A DNA stretch of 64,000 bases from contig JAUMZM010000002.1 of NCBI GenBank assembly GCA_030528125.1, positions 5,293 through 69,292 on the forward strand, in the 5' to 3' direction. The notes below the pieces were generated by a model. That model ran no database searches. It had not been told where the DNA came from and worked only from the letters and a program-made list of their open reading frames with translations. Source of the DNA: Tissierellia bacterium (GTDB taxonomy: Bacteria > Bacillota > Clostridia > Tissierellales > Peptoniphilaceae). The translations under genes were made by a program, and so were the position numbers. This document shows, piece by piece, positions 1 to 10,019 of this stretch. How positions within the stretch are numbered: position 1 is the stretch's first letter; every line of letters begins with the position of its first letter.

Positions 1-284
1 ACATAAGAAATCTTTTCCTATATGAAGCAGGCTTTATAGGATTTATCGGAGGAATATTTGGACTTATATTATCAACTGTAGTATCAAACATAATAAATAA
101 TATATATTCATCACAAATGGTAGCTGATATGGGAAATATAGATGAAGTAAGCATATCATATATACCACCTTGGTTGTATATAATAGCTGCAATATTCGCA
201 TTTATAATAGGAGTTATAGCAGGATATGTTCCAGCAAGAAGAGCAACAAGACTAAAAGCTATAGATTCACTTAGAAGCGATTGA
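1..284 (+). CDS. ABC transporter permease, FtsX-like, C-terminal fragment (5' end outside window)
   Basis: Open frame from window edge to TGA at 282-284. The C-terminal ...GYVPARRATRLKAIDSLRSD is typical of FtsX/MacB-type permease ends. Confidence 0.6.
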   Translation, partial: IRNLFLYEAGFIGFIGGIFGLILSTVVSNIINNIYSSQMVADMGNIDEVSISYIPPWLYIIAAIFAFIIGVIAGYVPARRATRLKAIDSLRSD

Positions 285-331
285 TTTGTTGATTTATGCA
301 AAAAAGGTATATTTATAGAAGGAGGGTTTAT

Positions 332-1753
332 ATGGAAATTAAAGACTTAAAACAACAAGATGTGTTCTATTGGTTTGAACAATTAGAACAATTTCCTAGA
401 GAATCAGGAAATGAAAAAGCAGTATCAGACTTTCTAGTAAAATTTGCAAAAGAAAGAAATCTTGATGTGTATCAAGATGATACTTACAATGTAATTATCA
501 GAAAACAAGCAACCAAAGGCTATGAGAATAGCCCAACAATAGCGATACAAGGACACATGGATATGGTTTGCGTAAAAGAAGATGACAGCAACCATGACTT
601 TACAAAAGATCCAATTGAACTTGTAGTAGATGGAGATTATCTAAAAGCAAATAAGACTTCACTTGGAGCAGACGATGGAATCGCAGTAGCTTATGGATTA
701 GCTGTACTAGATAGCAATGAAATAGAGCATGGACCATTGGAACTTGTAATAACAACACAAGAAGAGACAAGCATGGGTGGAGTAAGTGCACTTGACACAT
801 CAAAGATTACTGCAAAATATCTTTTGAATATTGATTCAGAAGAAGAAGGAGAATTTACAGTAGGATGTGCAGGAGGACTTGAAGTAAGATCTACATTCAA
901 AAAAGAATTTGAAAGTCCAAATGGAGAATTTGTAGAAATCAAAATTTCAGGACTTACAGGCGGACATTCTGGAATGGAGATTGATAAGTACAGAAAAAAC
1001 GGCATCAAAGAAATAGCAAGAATAATCTATAACTTAGAAGATTATCGTATAGCATCAATTCATGGCGGATCAAAGAAAAACGCCATTGCAACAAATGGTT
1101 ATGCAATAGTAGAAGTTAAAGATAGCGAAAAAGCCTTAGAGAAACTAGAAGAAATAAAAGAAATAGTAATGCATGAGGCAAAAGCTACAGATCCAGATAT
1201 AAAGATAGAAATAAATAAAACTAAATTTGATAAAGATGTCTTAACAAAAGAACTTTCAAAAAATATCGTAGAATTCTTATACACAATACCTTATGGATTA
1301 TTTAATAAAGATCTTGAGTTAAATACACTTACATCATCAGCTAATATAGGAATATTAGAAGAAGATGACGAAAAGATAGAAGCAAATGCCTTTGTAAGAA
1401 GCTCAATCGAATCAGAAAAACAAAACTACGCTCATCAAATTGGAACAGTAGCATTATCACATGGAGCGCAAATAAGCTACGAAAACGGATATCCTGGATG
1501 GGAGAAAGAAGAATCATCACTTATAGGATTATGCCAAGATACCTACAAAGAAATTACAGGAAAAGATTCAATAGTTACAACAACACATGGTGGACTTGAA
1601 TGTGGATTTTTAAAGACAGCTCTAAAAGATACAGAAATGATATCATTTGGACCAAATTTAAGTGATGTACACACAACAAGAGAAAAAGTTGAAATAAAAA
1701 GCGTAGAAAGAATCTATGAATTCTTAATAGAATTATTAAAGAAATTAAAATAA
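332..1753 (+). CDS. pepD: Aminoacyl-histidine (Xaa-His) dipeptidase, M20 family
   Basis: ORF 296..1753. GGAGGG lies upstream of the ATG at 332, which is the preferred start. N-terminal FPRESGNEK and QGHMDMV motifs and the length fit PepD. Confidence 0.85.
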   Translation: MEIKDLKQQDVFYWFEQLEQFPRESGNEKAVSDFLVKFAKERNLDVYQDDTYNVIIRKQATKGYENSPTIAIQGHMDMVCVKEDDSNHDFTKDPIELVVDGDYLKANKTSLGADDGIAVAYGLAVLDSNEIEHGPLELVITTQEETSMGGVSALDTSKITAKYLLNIDSEEEGEFTVGCAGGLEVRSTFKKEFESPNGEFVEIKISGLTGGHSGMEIDKYRKNGIKEIARIIYNLEDYRIASIHGGSKKNAIATNGYAIVEVKDSEKALEKLEEIKEIVMHEAKATDPDIKIEINKTKFDKDVLTKELSKNIVEFLYTIPYGLFNKDLELNTLTSSANIGILEEDDEKIEANAFVRSSIESEKQNYAHQIGTVALSHGAQISYENGYPGWEKEESSLIGLCQDTYKEITGKDSIVTTTHGGLECGFLKTALKDTEMISFGPNLSDVHTTREKVEIKSVERIYEFLIELLKKLK

Positions 1754-1759
1754 ACTAAT

Positions 1760-1796
1760 AAAACCAAGAATTCCTTAAAGGATTCTTGGTTTTTTA
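1760..1796. terminator. Bidirectional intrinsic terminator between convergent pepD and the ABC ATPase
   Basis: Hairpin ccaagaattcc/ggattcttgg flanked by an A-run and a T-run. Confidence 0.7.
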
Positions 1797-2438
1797 ATTG
1801 GTTAATTTATAATCTTTAGAAATAATCTTTCCATTTTCCATATTAAATATGCAATAAGAAAGTTCATCTATTATTCCCTTCTCGTGACTTGAAATAAGAA
1901 TAAGCTTGCCCTTTTCTTTTTCTTTTATGATTATTTCTTTTAAAATTTCTACACCGTCTTTATCTATCGCATTATTAGGCTCATCAAATATTAGAATCTT
2001 GGGATCTTCCATAATTACATTTGCAATAGCAAGTCTTTGCTTCATTCCCAAAGAATACTTTTCGTATAATTTATTCTTTGCATCAGTTAATCCTACAATA
2101 TCTAAGACTTCAAGAATTCTTTTTTCACAAGCTATATTTTTAATAGATGCAATCATTTTAAGATTCATAAATCCAGATAGACCATTTATAAATGAGGGAT
2201 TTTCAAGCAAAAGCCCCACATCAGGTAGAAAGTCATTATCGTAAATCTTCTTATTATCTACAATAATTTCTCCGCTATCTATATTTATAAGTCCACATAT
2301 TGCTCGAAAAAGCATCGTCTTTCCACTTCCGTTATGACCTTGGAAGCCATAAATTTTCCCATAATCTAATTTTAAGTTGATATTATTAAGGATTATATTT
2401 CCATCGATTTTTTTAAAAAGATTTTTAACTTCAATCAT
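1794..2438 (-). CDS. ABC transporter ATP-binding protein
   Basis: Walker A GHNGSGKT, signature YSLGMKQR, Walker B ILIFDEP. Confidence 0.85.
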   Translation of the reverse strand: MIEVKNLFKKIDGNIILNNINLKLDYGKIYGFQGHNGSGKTMLFRAICGLINIDSGEIIVDNKKIYDNDFLPDVGLLLENPSFINGLSGFMNLKMIASIKNIACEKRILEVLDIVGLTDAKNKLYEKYSLGMKQRLAIANVIMEDPKILIFDEPNNAIDKDGVEILKEIIIKEKEKGKLILISSHEKGIIDELSYCIFNMENGKIISKDYKLTN

Positions 2439-3169
2439 TCTTTACTCCCATAGTGATTGTATTTTGGAACAATCACATACATTAATATTAAATAAATAAT
2501 CATATAAGATAATATGATTAAAATATTAGATTTAAGATCAAATATACCACCAAATATATCTTGCTTAAAAACAAGCGAGCCTTGTCCTATCATAAAGCTT
2601 ATATTGGTAAGCATGCTAACTGATAATTGGATTATTATATAAATTACAGAAATTCTAAAAGATACTGCAATTGCAATAAAAAGAGAAATCCAGCACAATA
2701 CTATATCATCTAGCATAATAAAGGCAAATATCCTAAAAAGATTATATATATCATCTTTTTCTATATTTCTAAATATTATAAATACTATAACTATAATTAA
2801 AAATATAGTTATAAATAATATTACAATTGTAAGTAGAGAAGATATTATCTTAGAAAAGAAATACTCTCTTTTGCTATGAGTTTTTAATATTGTATAAGTA
2901 CCACTTCTAATATGATCTTTATATAATACATTTATTATTGCAAAAACTGGCAATATGTGAAAGATAATCCACATAAAAGGAGGTACAAATTCGCCTAGAT
3001 TATATATCATTCCCATATCTTTAAAATCTTCTAATAAAAGATAGTAAATCGGATTTTCACCACTTGCTATGCTATCAACTAATAATATAACTAGAAGAAA
3101 AAACATAACCATAAAGTATTTTCTTGCATAGTGTAATATGTACTTAAAATCTCTTCTTATAATATTCAT
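2435..3169 (-). CDS. Polytopic membrane protein, putative ABC permease component
   Basis: Multiple hydrophobic segments. 4-nt overlaps with both neighbours suggest translational coupling. Confidence 0.5.
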   Translation of the reverse strand: MNIIRRDFKYILHYARKYFMVMFFLLVILLVDSIASGENPIYYLLLEDFKDMGMIYNLGEFVPPFMWIIFHILPVFAIINVLYKDHIRSGTYTILKTHSKREYFFSKIISSLLTIVILFITIFLIIVIVFIIFRNIEKDDIYNLFRIFAFIMLDDIVLCWISLFIAIAVSFRISVIYIIIQLSVSMLTNISFMIGQGSLVFKQDIFGGIFDLKSNILIILSYMIIYLILMYVIVPKYNHYGSKE

Positions 3170-3966
3170 ATAAAATCTTTCCTTCTAGATAAATTTATAA
3201 AATATATTATAGGTATTATAAAGATTAATATTAGATATATTATATCCAAAATCCCAATTCTAAAAAACATATCAGCTGCAAAACCAGAAAGACCTTCAAA
3301 ACTTATATAGATCTTAAAAACACTACTAATTACAGCAATTACAAATTGAAGCAATATATCAATTATTAAAACTGCAATAAGTCCAAGATACATGCTTTTA
3401 AATTTGGTGTTGAGATACATCGAAAAGCTTGCAATAATTCCACCAATTACGAATATATTAAAAAAAACCACTATATAAAAGAGTACAGGGGATATTTTAA
3501 GCACTGATTCAAAACGCAGATAATTGGTAAATCCTGAATTTATAAAGTTTAATGCAAAAGTAGGTCTTAATGTAAGCCAGATTAATATATTTATAAGAAT
3601 TGGAAAGATTGCAAATAATCCTCCAATTATAAAATTATTGATGTATGCTTTTCTTAGATACTCTTTCTTAGATTTTTTCGTAAGTTCTATATTTATAAAT
3701 CCTGTCTTCATATCTTCAGCTATGAGATCACTTAATCCCAATGCTGCAAGAAAGAATACTACAAATTGATATAAGATAAATGCAATATACATGCTTCCAT
3801 TGAAAAGAATGTTCTCATTAAAGGCAGATTGCAAAGGTATGGCATTTTTTAGTGGGTCTTTTATAACTCTATTAGATATATCTAAGAAATTAATCAAAAC
3901 TACAATTGTAATTAAAATCCGCACTCTTTTTCTTTTAAAAACCCTTATAATATATTCTCTACTCAT
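3166..3966 (-). CDS. Polytopic membrane protein, putative ABC permease component
   Basis: About 6 hydrophobic segments. Overlaps both flanking genes of the operon. Confidence 0.5.
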   Translation of the reverse strand: MSREYIIRVFKRKRVRILITIVVLINFLDISNRVIKDPLKNAIPLQSAFNENILFNGSMYIAFILYQFVVFFLAALGLSDLIAEDMKTGFINIELTKKSKKEYLRKAYINNFIIGGLFAIFPILINILIWLTLRPTFALNFINSGFTNYLRFESVLKISPVLFYIVVFFNIFVIGGIIASFSMYLNTKFKSMYLGLIAVLIIDILLQFVIAVISSVFKIYISFEGLSGFAADMFFRIGILDIIYLILIFIIPIIYFINLSRRKDFI

Positions 3967-4489
3967 AAATATCTCCCAAATCTATAACTTTATATAATAA
4001 GAGACCTTTATCAAAGCTATTATTGTACTCATCTTTGTATAATCTGTTATTCATATAGATGAAATTATCTCTATTGTTGTCATTATTTTCAACTATGTAT
4101 TTAAAAGTGTATTTCTTCTTTTCATTAGGTTTTAGAAGAAAGTCCTCATAAGAAGATTTTAGGTCATTTTCTAAGATATTTTGGATCGGCGAATTAGAGA
4201 AATCCTGATACAAAGAAAAGGAAGTTATCGTATTTATTATATCCATATCTTTAGGATTATTATTTATAACTTCAAAATAAACATCAAGTATTCTAGGTTT
4301 ATCATCTATTGGTTTTTTGTTAATTTTAAAACCTGTAATTTGTATATCTAGATTTTCATATTCTATTGTATCTTTGATACTATATCTTTCGATTTTATCT
4401 TTAGTAGGATAATTCTTATTTACAGAATATACTTTAAATGAAAACAAAGCTACAATAAGGATAATAATTGGAATTATTATCTTTTTCAT
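3959..4489 (-). CDS. N-terminally anchored extracytoplasmic protein, unknown function
   Basis: One N-terminal TM/signal segment (IIIPIIILIVALFSF) followed by a hydrophilic Asn/Lys-rich body. Confidence 0.4.
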   Translation of the reverse strand: MKKIIIPIIILIVALFSFKVYSVNKNYPTKDKIERYSIKDTIEYENLDIQITGFKINKKPIDDKPRILDVYFEVINNNPKDMDIINTITSFSLYQDFSNSPIQNILENDLKSSYEDFLLKPNEKKKYTFKYIVENNDNNRDNFIYMNNRLYKDEYNNSFDKGLLLYKVIDLGDIYE

Positions 4490-5139
4490 TTACCTGTAAC
4501 CTCACTCATATTATCTACTTTATCAAAGCTTTCTGTTATTTTAATACTGTTATTATAAAAACTATCCACATCATCACTTTTATCAGTAAGTATTTCTTTT
4601 AATTTAGTACCATCTGATGTTGTAACTTTCTCTATAAGAATATAATCTTTATCATATTTAATATAATCTCCATTAGAAAACTCAAAAACAAATCCATCTT
4701 CATTTTCTTCTAAATTATAATCTTGATTGTAATTTAGAGTTTCTTCAATAAGAGAGGAATCTTCACTATTAAATAAATCTCTTATTCTATCGATTAAAGA
4801 CATACTTGGACCATCATCCGTATAATATTTTTTATTTTGTTTATCTATAAAAGTTCTATTATTATCTTCAAAAATATATATGATATCTTTATCTTCTCTA
4901 AAAAATTCATCTATTCTAAGATTATCTTCGGCCTTTCTTGCAGATATTTGCTTACTAATTAAATCATTATCATTAAGATTATAAGTTTCATAAGTAAATA
5001 GACCATCGGCGTCTTCTTGGATTTTAATATTTTCTATAATATCCAAATCTTTATTATTTATAGTTTCTGTGTTATTTGCACAGGATGTAAATGAAAAAAT
5101 AATAAGGGGAATTAATAATATATTTGCTAACTTTTTCAT
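4486..5139 (-). CDS. Lipoprotein, unknown function
   Basis: Signal peptide with lipobox FSFTSC. First gene of the five-gene minus-strand operon. Confidence 0.6.
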   Translation of the reverse strand: MKKLANILLIPLIIFSFTSCANNTETINNKDLDIIENIKIQEDADGLFTYETYNLNDNDLISKQISARKAEDNLRIDEFFREDKDIIYIFEDNNRTFIDKQNKKYYTDDGPSMSLIDRIRDLFNSEDSSLIEETLNYNQDYNLEENEDGFVFEFSNGDYIKYDKDYILIEKVTTSDGTKLKEILTDKSDDVDSFYNNSIKITESFDKVDNMSEVTGK

Positions 5140-5304
5140 AAATAACCTCCAGTAATGAATATAGTTAATTATAGAATTATAAATCGTTTTCTTTATTATA
5201 CCACATTATATTTATAAGACAATTAATGAATATTAAAGTGGTTTTTATAGGAAATATATTAAGATTAAAGATATTATTTTTGATAAGATATTCATAGCAA
5301 AAAT

Positions 5305-5333
5305 AAAAAAACCAGGGGAAATCCTGGTTTTTA
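5305..5333 (-). terminator. Intrinsic terminator downstream of the decayed lipoprotein gene
   Basis: Hairpin ccagggg aaa tcctgg flanked by A/T runs. Confidence 0.6.
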
Positions 5334-5338
5334 GGTAA

Positions 5339-5895
5339 TTATATATCTAAGAAGTCTTTTAGAGTGCTCATATCTATTTGAAGATCCCAAGTAGATTCGC
5401 TAGATTCTACTTCTGTTAGATAGTTATCTTTGTCTTTTTCATATATATCTATTGAAGATTTTATAGCTTCTAAAGACATATCGAAGTTTTCTTTGTCTTC
5501 TACTTCGTTTGATTTTTCTACGAAGTAATCTTTTGATTCTTGAAGTTTATCTTCCAAAAATCCTGCATTATTTAAAAAATCGATAAAGATTTTATAGATC
5601 TTTAGTGTTTCACTGGCAGTCACATTTTCAGCTTTTTCTAAGTTTGTAACAAATTCGTCAATTAAAGCTTTCTAATTATAGTCTAATTCAGCTGTCATAT
5701 CTTAATTTGAATTGCTATCTTCAGTTGAACTTTCTCTATTATTTGTAGTGTCATTACTTGAAGTTTCAGTATAAGAACTGAATCTTTTGATAAAGGTTCA
5801 CTTGTTATATTATCATTAGTGTTACTTGAATTATTTCTACAACTTGTAAAAATTACAAGTGCTACTAATATTCTTAAACTTTTAGCTTTTCTATA
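5339..5895 (-). pseudogene. Decayed lipoprotein gene (no start codon, one frameshift, two in-frame stops)
   Basis: On the minus strand GGAGG is followed by ...RKAKSLRILVALVIFTSC (a lipobox) but no ATG/GTG/TTG in that frame. The frame changes near 5790. There is a TAA near 5703 and a TAG near 5675, before the 94-aa ORF 5339..5623. Confidence 0.5.
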
Positions 5896-6110
5896 AAACC
5901 TCCTGTTATCTTATCTATACCCAATAGATAGTTTTATAATCAATTTATTAAACAAATAAAATTAAAATAAACAATATTAATATTAAAATTATTAATATAA
6001 TATCTGTGGAAATTCTATATATGGTCTTTATATAAAGATTAATATAAATAATGTTTTTTCCTTTAGTTTTTTGGGGTATAAATATTTTATAGTAAGTATA
6101 GGAGATAGAT

Positions 6111-6806
6111 ATGAAAATTATATTAGAAAATAACGATGCCAAACTTAGTTTAAATACACATGGTGCTTATATTGAAAAATTTAAGATCAAAGATGATATG
6201 ATATTTTTCCCAAATGTTCAATTTAAAATAGACGATGTCCTAAAACCAAGGGGAGGAATGCATCCTTGTCTTCCAAATTTTGGAGCTGATGCAAGCTGTA
6301 ATCTTTCACAGCATGGATTTGGAAGGGATCTAGATTGGGATATTGTAAATAGGACTGATAACTCAGTAACTTTGTCTTTAGTTGGAGAGAAAGATTATTA
6401 TAAGATGAATTTTACAATCTATTATGAGTTATCCAAAGATTCTTTATATGTTAGATTGAATATTGAAAATAACGGAAAATCCTTGCCAATTGCTCCTGGA
6501 TTTCATCCATATTTCTATTCAAAAAACCAAGAAATAGATATAGAAGGCTATAAGATAGATAAGGACAAATTAGAAGATACTATCTTTATTAGCACAAATG
6601 ATATCAATTTTAAGACAAGCAATAGAAATATATCAATCAAAGTAAAAGAAAATGTCGGAAGATATGCTATATGGTCTGATAAAAAGAGTGATTATGTATG
6701 TGTTGAGCCTACATTTAATGGAAATAGCTTTACTAATAATAGCGATGAACCATTGATATTAGAAAATGGACAAAGCTTTAATATGGAATTTGAAATCAAA
6801 GCCTAA
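6111..6806 (+). CDS. Aldose 1-epimerase family protein (hexose-6-phosphate mutarotase-like)
   Basis: RGGMHPCLPNFG, HGFGRD and PGFHPYF motifs match the aldose epimerase fold. RBS taggaga is present. Confidence 0.7.
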   Translation: MKIILENNDAKLSLNTHGAYIEKFKIKDDMIFFPNVQFKIDDVLKPRGGMHPCLPNFGADASCNLSQHGFGRDLDWDIVNRTDNSVTLSLVGEKDYYKMNFTIYYELSKDSLYVRLNIENNGKSLPIAPGFHPYFYSKNQEIDIEGYKIDKDKLEDTIFISTNDINFKTSNRNISIKVKENVGRYAIWSDKKSDYVCVEPTFNGNSFTNNSDEPLILENGQSFNMEFEIKA

Positions 6807-6826
6807 AATCAATATAAGAATGTGTA

Positions 6827-6875
6827 CTGACCTTAAAAGTTTTATTTAAATTAAGCTTTTAGGGTCAGATTTTAA
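6827..6875 (+). terminator. Intrinsic terminator after the epimerase gene
   Basis: 13-bp stem ctgaccttaaaag/cttttagggtcag followed by a T-rich tail. Confidence 0.6.
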
Positions 6876-6883
6876 TTTAAGAT

Positions 6884-6916
6884 AAAAAAACTATTGCAAA
6901 TTATAATTTGCAATAG
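6884..6916 (-). terminator. Intrinsic terminator after the MATE gene
   Basis: Hairpin ctattgcaaatt/aatttgcaatag followed by T7 on the minus strand. Confidence 0.65.
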
Positions 6917-6930
6917 TCCTTTAATTATTA

Positions 6931-8304
6931 TTAAGCTTCTACTTTAGAAATTAATTTATCCATTTCTTTAAATTGTGTCTTTACAAGAATTATTGAAGCT
7001 ATAAATGCTGCAAAATCTGCTATTGGTCCAGAAATCAATAATCCATTAATTCCCAAAAATATTGGAAGTATTATAGCAAGTGGAATAAAGAATAAAATCT
7101 GTCTTGTAAGGGATATGAATGCACCTTTTTTGGGCTTTCCTATTGAAGATAGGAAGTTTGCAGATATTGGTTGGATGGGATTTAGAGCTGTCATTATAAA
7201 GAATATTCTAAAAAATAATTTACCAAATTGAAAATATTCATCGCTTCCTGTTCCGAAAAGTCCAAGTACTTGTGTTGGGAATATTTCAAATATCAAGAAA
7301 GCTACAAATAAGAATTTGATAGCATTTGTAACAGCTAATTTGTAAGTTTCTTTTACTCTTTCGTATTTTTCTGCTCCATAGTTATAGCTAAATAATGGTT
7401 GTGCTCCTTGTGATATACCTATGGCAATTGAGAAAAATATCATATAGACTTTAAAAGCTATACCAACTACTGCAAGTGGAATCTCTGAACCGTAGGGGCT
7501 TTGTGATCCATAATAAACAACTGTATTATTTGTTACAAGTTGAACAAATATCAAAGCAAATTGATTAAAAAATGGTGCAAGTCCCAAAGATACCATTTGC
7601 CTAATATAATATGGCTCTGGCTTAAAGTCTTCTTTATTGACATCTACAGTCTTAAAATTTCTAGCATAGACTAAGACCATAATACCAGAAACAACTTGTC
7701 CAATAACAGTAGCCCATGCAGCTCCTGCAATCCCCCAATCGAATACGAATATAAATATTGGGTCTAATATTATATTAAGAACACATCCTACAACTATTGT
7801 ATTCATCGAGTATCTTGGAGATCCATCTGCCCTTATCAAAGCTGTACCTGCATTGGATAAGATTAGAAATATAAATCCGTAAGAGGTAATTCTTGTATAA
7901 GATTTTGCAAGATCCATAATTTGATCTGTTGTTCCAAATGCTTTAAGTATAGAATCTAGAAATAATTTTACAATTATTGTAAGGATAAGTCCCATTATTA
8001 TCATAAGGGTAAAGGCGTTTCCAACAAATTTCTTTGCCACATCTTCTCTTTTTCTTCCCATATTTAAGTTAAAATTAGATGCTGAACCAATTCCTATTAG
8101 TAAAGCTATAGAAAGAGAGACTGTAACTAATGGAAAGGCTACATTTGTCGCAGCATTGCCCAAGACTCCTACGCTATGACCTATAAAGAATTGATCTACT
8201 ATATTATAGAAAGCAGAGATAATAAGTGCTATTACAGAGGGCGTTGCAAATTTTCTTAAAAGAACAGAAATTTTTTGTGTGCCTAAAATATTTTCTTCTT
8301 TCAA
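6931..8304 (-). CDS. MATE family efflux transporter
   Basis: 457 aa with about 12 TM segments. The N-terminal LLRKFATPSV...QFFIGH pattern is typical of MATE (NorM/DinF-like). Confidence 0.85.
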   Translation of the reverse strand: MKEENILGTQKISVLLRKFATPSVIALIISAFYNIVDQFFIGHSVGVLGNAATNVAFPLVTVSLSIALLIGIGSASNFNLNMGRKREDVAKKFVGNAFTLMIIMGLILTIIVKLFLDSILKAFGTTDQIMDLAKSYTRITSYGFIFLILSNAGTALIRADGSPRYSMNTIVVGCVLNIILDPIFIFVFDWGIAGAAWATVIGQVVSGIMVLVYARNFKTVDVNKEDFKPEPYYIRQMVSLGLAPFFNQFALIFVQLVTNNTVVYYGSQSPYGSEIPLAVVGIAFKVYMIFFSIAIGISQGAQPLFSYNYGAEKYERVKETYKLAVTNAIKFLFVAFLIFEIFPTQVLGLFGTGSDEYFQFGKLFFRIFFIMTALNPIQPISANFLSSIGKPKKGAFISLTRQILFFIPLAIILPIFLGINGLLISGPIADFAAFIASIILVKTQFKEMDKLISKVEA

Positions 8305-8472
8305 ATTTTCCTCCTTTTGTATTGTCTAAAATTAAAAATAAATAATAAAAAAATAAAATAATAATATAAATAAGCATTCATTACCAGTGTATTATACTTT
8401 CTTATTTAAGCTTTGCACTTATAAATAAAAAAAACTTCTAAAATAAAGTATAGTAAAATAGGGAGTGATTTA

Positions 8473-9249
8473 ATGCCTGCAATTTATGCACATTACAAAA
8501 TGGGAAGAGATTCTATAAAAAATCTAAATCCTAAAAATCAAGAAATTATAAATAAATATAGAGATCTTTATGACCTTGGATTGCAAGGGGCTGATTTTTT
8601 GTTTTTTAATTTTAAAGATGTAACGATAAAATCAGAACTTCTTGCAACTAAGATTCACTATGAACCTTGTAGAAATTCTCTAAATAGGATGGTAAGAGCA
8701 GGGATTGATGAAGCAAGTTTAAGCTATATTTTGGGTTTTATAGGTCATTTTGCAATGGATAGCAAGATGCATCCTCTTATAAATTCTCTTAGCAAAATAG
8801 GAGTCCAACATCATAGGTTAGAGATGGAATTTGATAAGAAACTTATGCATGAAGATGGTATAGAGATTGGAGCCTTTAATATGAAAACTCTTGTTCCAAA
8901 TGATCAATACACAAAAAAAGTTGTAGCAAGTGTCTACTCGAAATTTGATATTTCAAAAAGAAAGATCAAATCATCTGTTGATATGATGCACAATATGAAA
9001 GATTTCTTATACATAGATAATGACAAAAGATACAAAAGACTAAAAATAATAATGAAAATGATGGGAATATACAAAAAATTTGGTGGACATCTATTATATA
9101 ATGATAAAAACCAATATGACTATCTTATGAAAGATATGACATATTATTATAAACAAGCTAAAGACATCTATCCTTTGCTTGTAGAAGATTTTTGTAATCA
9201 TATAGATGATTTGAATTTTAGCCCATATTTTAACAGAACATTTGAATAA
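8473..9249 (+). CDS. Hypothetical protein, possibly zinc-dependent phospholipase C-like fold
   Basis: His-rich motifs (AHY..., GHFAMDSKMHP). Weak by-eye resemblance only. Confidence 0.35.
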   Translation: MPAIYAHYKMGRDSIKNLNPKNQEIINKYRDLYDLGLQGADFLFFNFKDVTIKSELLATKIHYEPCRNSLNRMVRAGIDEASLSYILGFIGHFAMDSKMHPLINSLSKIGVQHHRLEMEFDKKLMHEDGIEIGAFNMKTLVPNDQYTKKVVASVYSKFDISKRKIKSSVDMMHNMKDFLYIDNDKRYKRLKIIMKMMGIYKKFGGHLLYNDKNQYDYLMKDMTYYYKQAKDIYPLLVEDFCNHIDDLNFSPYFNRTFE

Positions 9250-9254
9250 TTAAA

Positions 9255-9277
9255 AAAGCTGCTTAATAAGCAGCTTT
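9255..9277. terminator. Bidirectional hairpin between convergent genes
   Basis: aaagctgctt aat aagcagcttt. Confidence 0.6.
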
Positions 9278-10019
9278 AATACATTTTAAATACTTTTTCA
9301 ATCCACATTATAAAGTTATGTGGAAAGATTTTTGATAATATTAGAATTAATCTTGCGATTTTACTTGTTGTTATTATATCTTTTTTATAGCAGTTTTTAA
9401 GAGTCTTTTTTACGAGATGATTGATATCTTCATTAAACAAACTTTTCATACTGCTTTGTTTTGAATACTTGAAAAATTCCGTAGCTACAGGATTTGGACA
9501 AAGAGCACATACATTTATTTTATCTTTTCTTAATTCTCTATTTAAGCTTTTTGAAAAGCTTAGTACATAGGATTTAGAAGCAGCATAAACCGAGAATTTC
9601 GGCTGTGGAATAAATGCTGCAACTGATGCTACATTTACTATAGCAGAATTAGAGATCATATAAGGATATGCTATATGACATATTTTAGTAATTGATAGTG
9701 CATTAAGCTTAATCATTTTTTCAATAAGCTTTATATCTGTGCTAATAAAATAATCATTTACGCCCATTCCTGCTGAATTTATCAGTAATTTTATTTTGGG
9801 ATTTTCTTTTTCCAAAAGATCTTTAAATTTAAGAAAAGAATTTTCATCTAATAGATCATAATCTAGGATTTTTGTCTTAGTTTTTAATTTCTTGGATAAA
9901 TCTTCTAATCTTTCTTTTCTTCTTGCAATAAGCCAAATCTCAGAGAAATTCTTATTATCCAATTCTTTTGCAAATTGTCTTCCAATTCCACTTGATGCTC
10001 CAGTAACTATTGCAATCAT
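9276..10019 (-). CDS. SDR family oxidoreductase
   Basis: TGASSGIGRQ glycine-rich motif and YAASK catalytic motif. The start is moved to the ATG at 10019, which forms an ATGA overlap with the pncB stop. Confidence 0.85.
   Translation of the reverse strand: MIAIVTGASSGIGRQFAKELDNKNFSEIWLIARRKERLEDLSKKLKTKTKILDYDLLDENSFLKFKDLLEKENPKIKLLINSAGMGVNDYFISTDIKLIEKMIKLNALSITKICHIAYPYMISNSAIVNVASVAAFIPQPKFSVYAASKSYVLSFSKSLNRELRKDKINVCALCPNPVATEFFKYSKQSSMKSLFNEDINHLVKKTLKNCYKKDIITTSKIARLILILSKIFPHNFIMWIEKVFKMY

Noticed and set aside
296-331. N-terminal extensions offered by the ORF track: pepD 296, purC 27490, purM 31378, peptidase 35889, yacL 61212, SDR 10061 and the Fe-S gene 46999.
   Set aside because: In each case an internal ATG has a proper Shine-Dalgarno sequence and/or a stop-start overlap with the upstream gene. 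The extension overlaps the neighbouring gene or lacks an RBS.
5948-6142. 64-aa minus-strand ORF in the spacer upstream of the epimerase gene.
   Set aside because: It lies in a nearly pure A+T promoter region. The product is an Ile/Leu/Phe homopolymer-like string with no RBS, and it overlaps the epimerase start.
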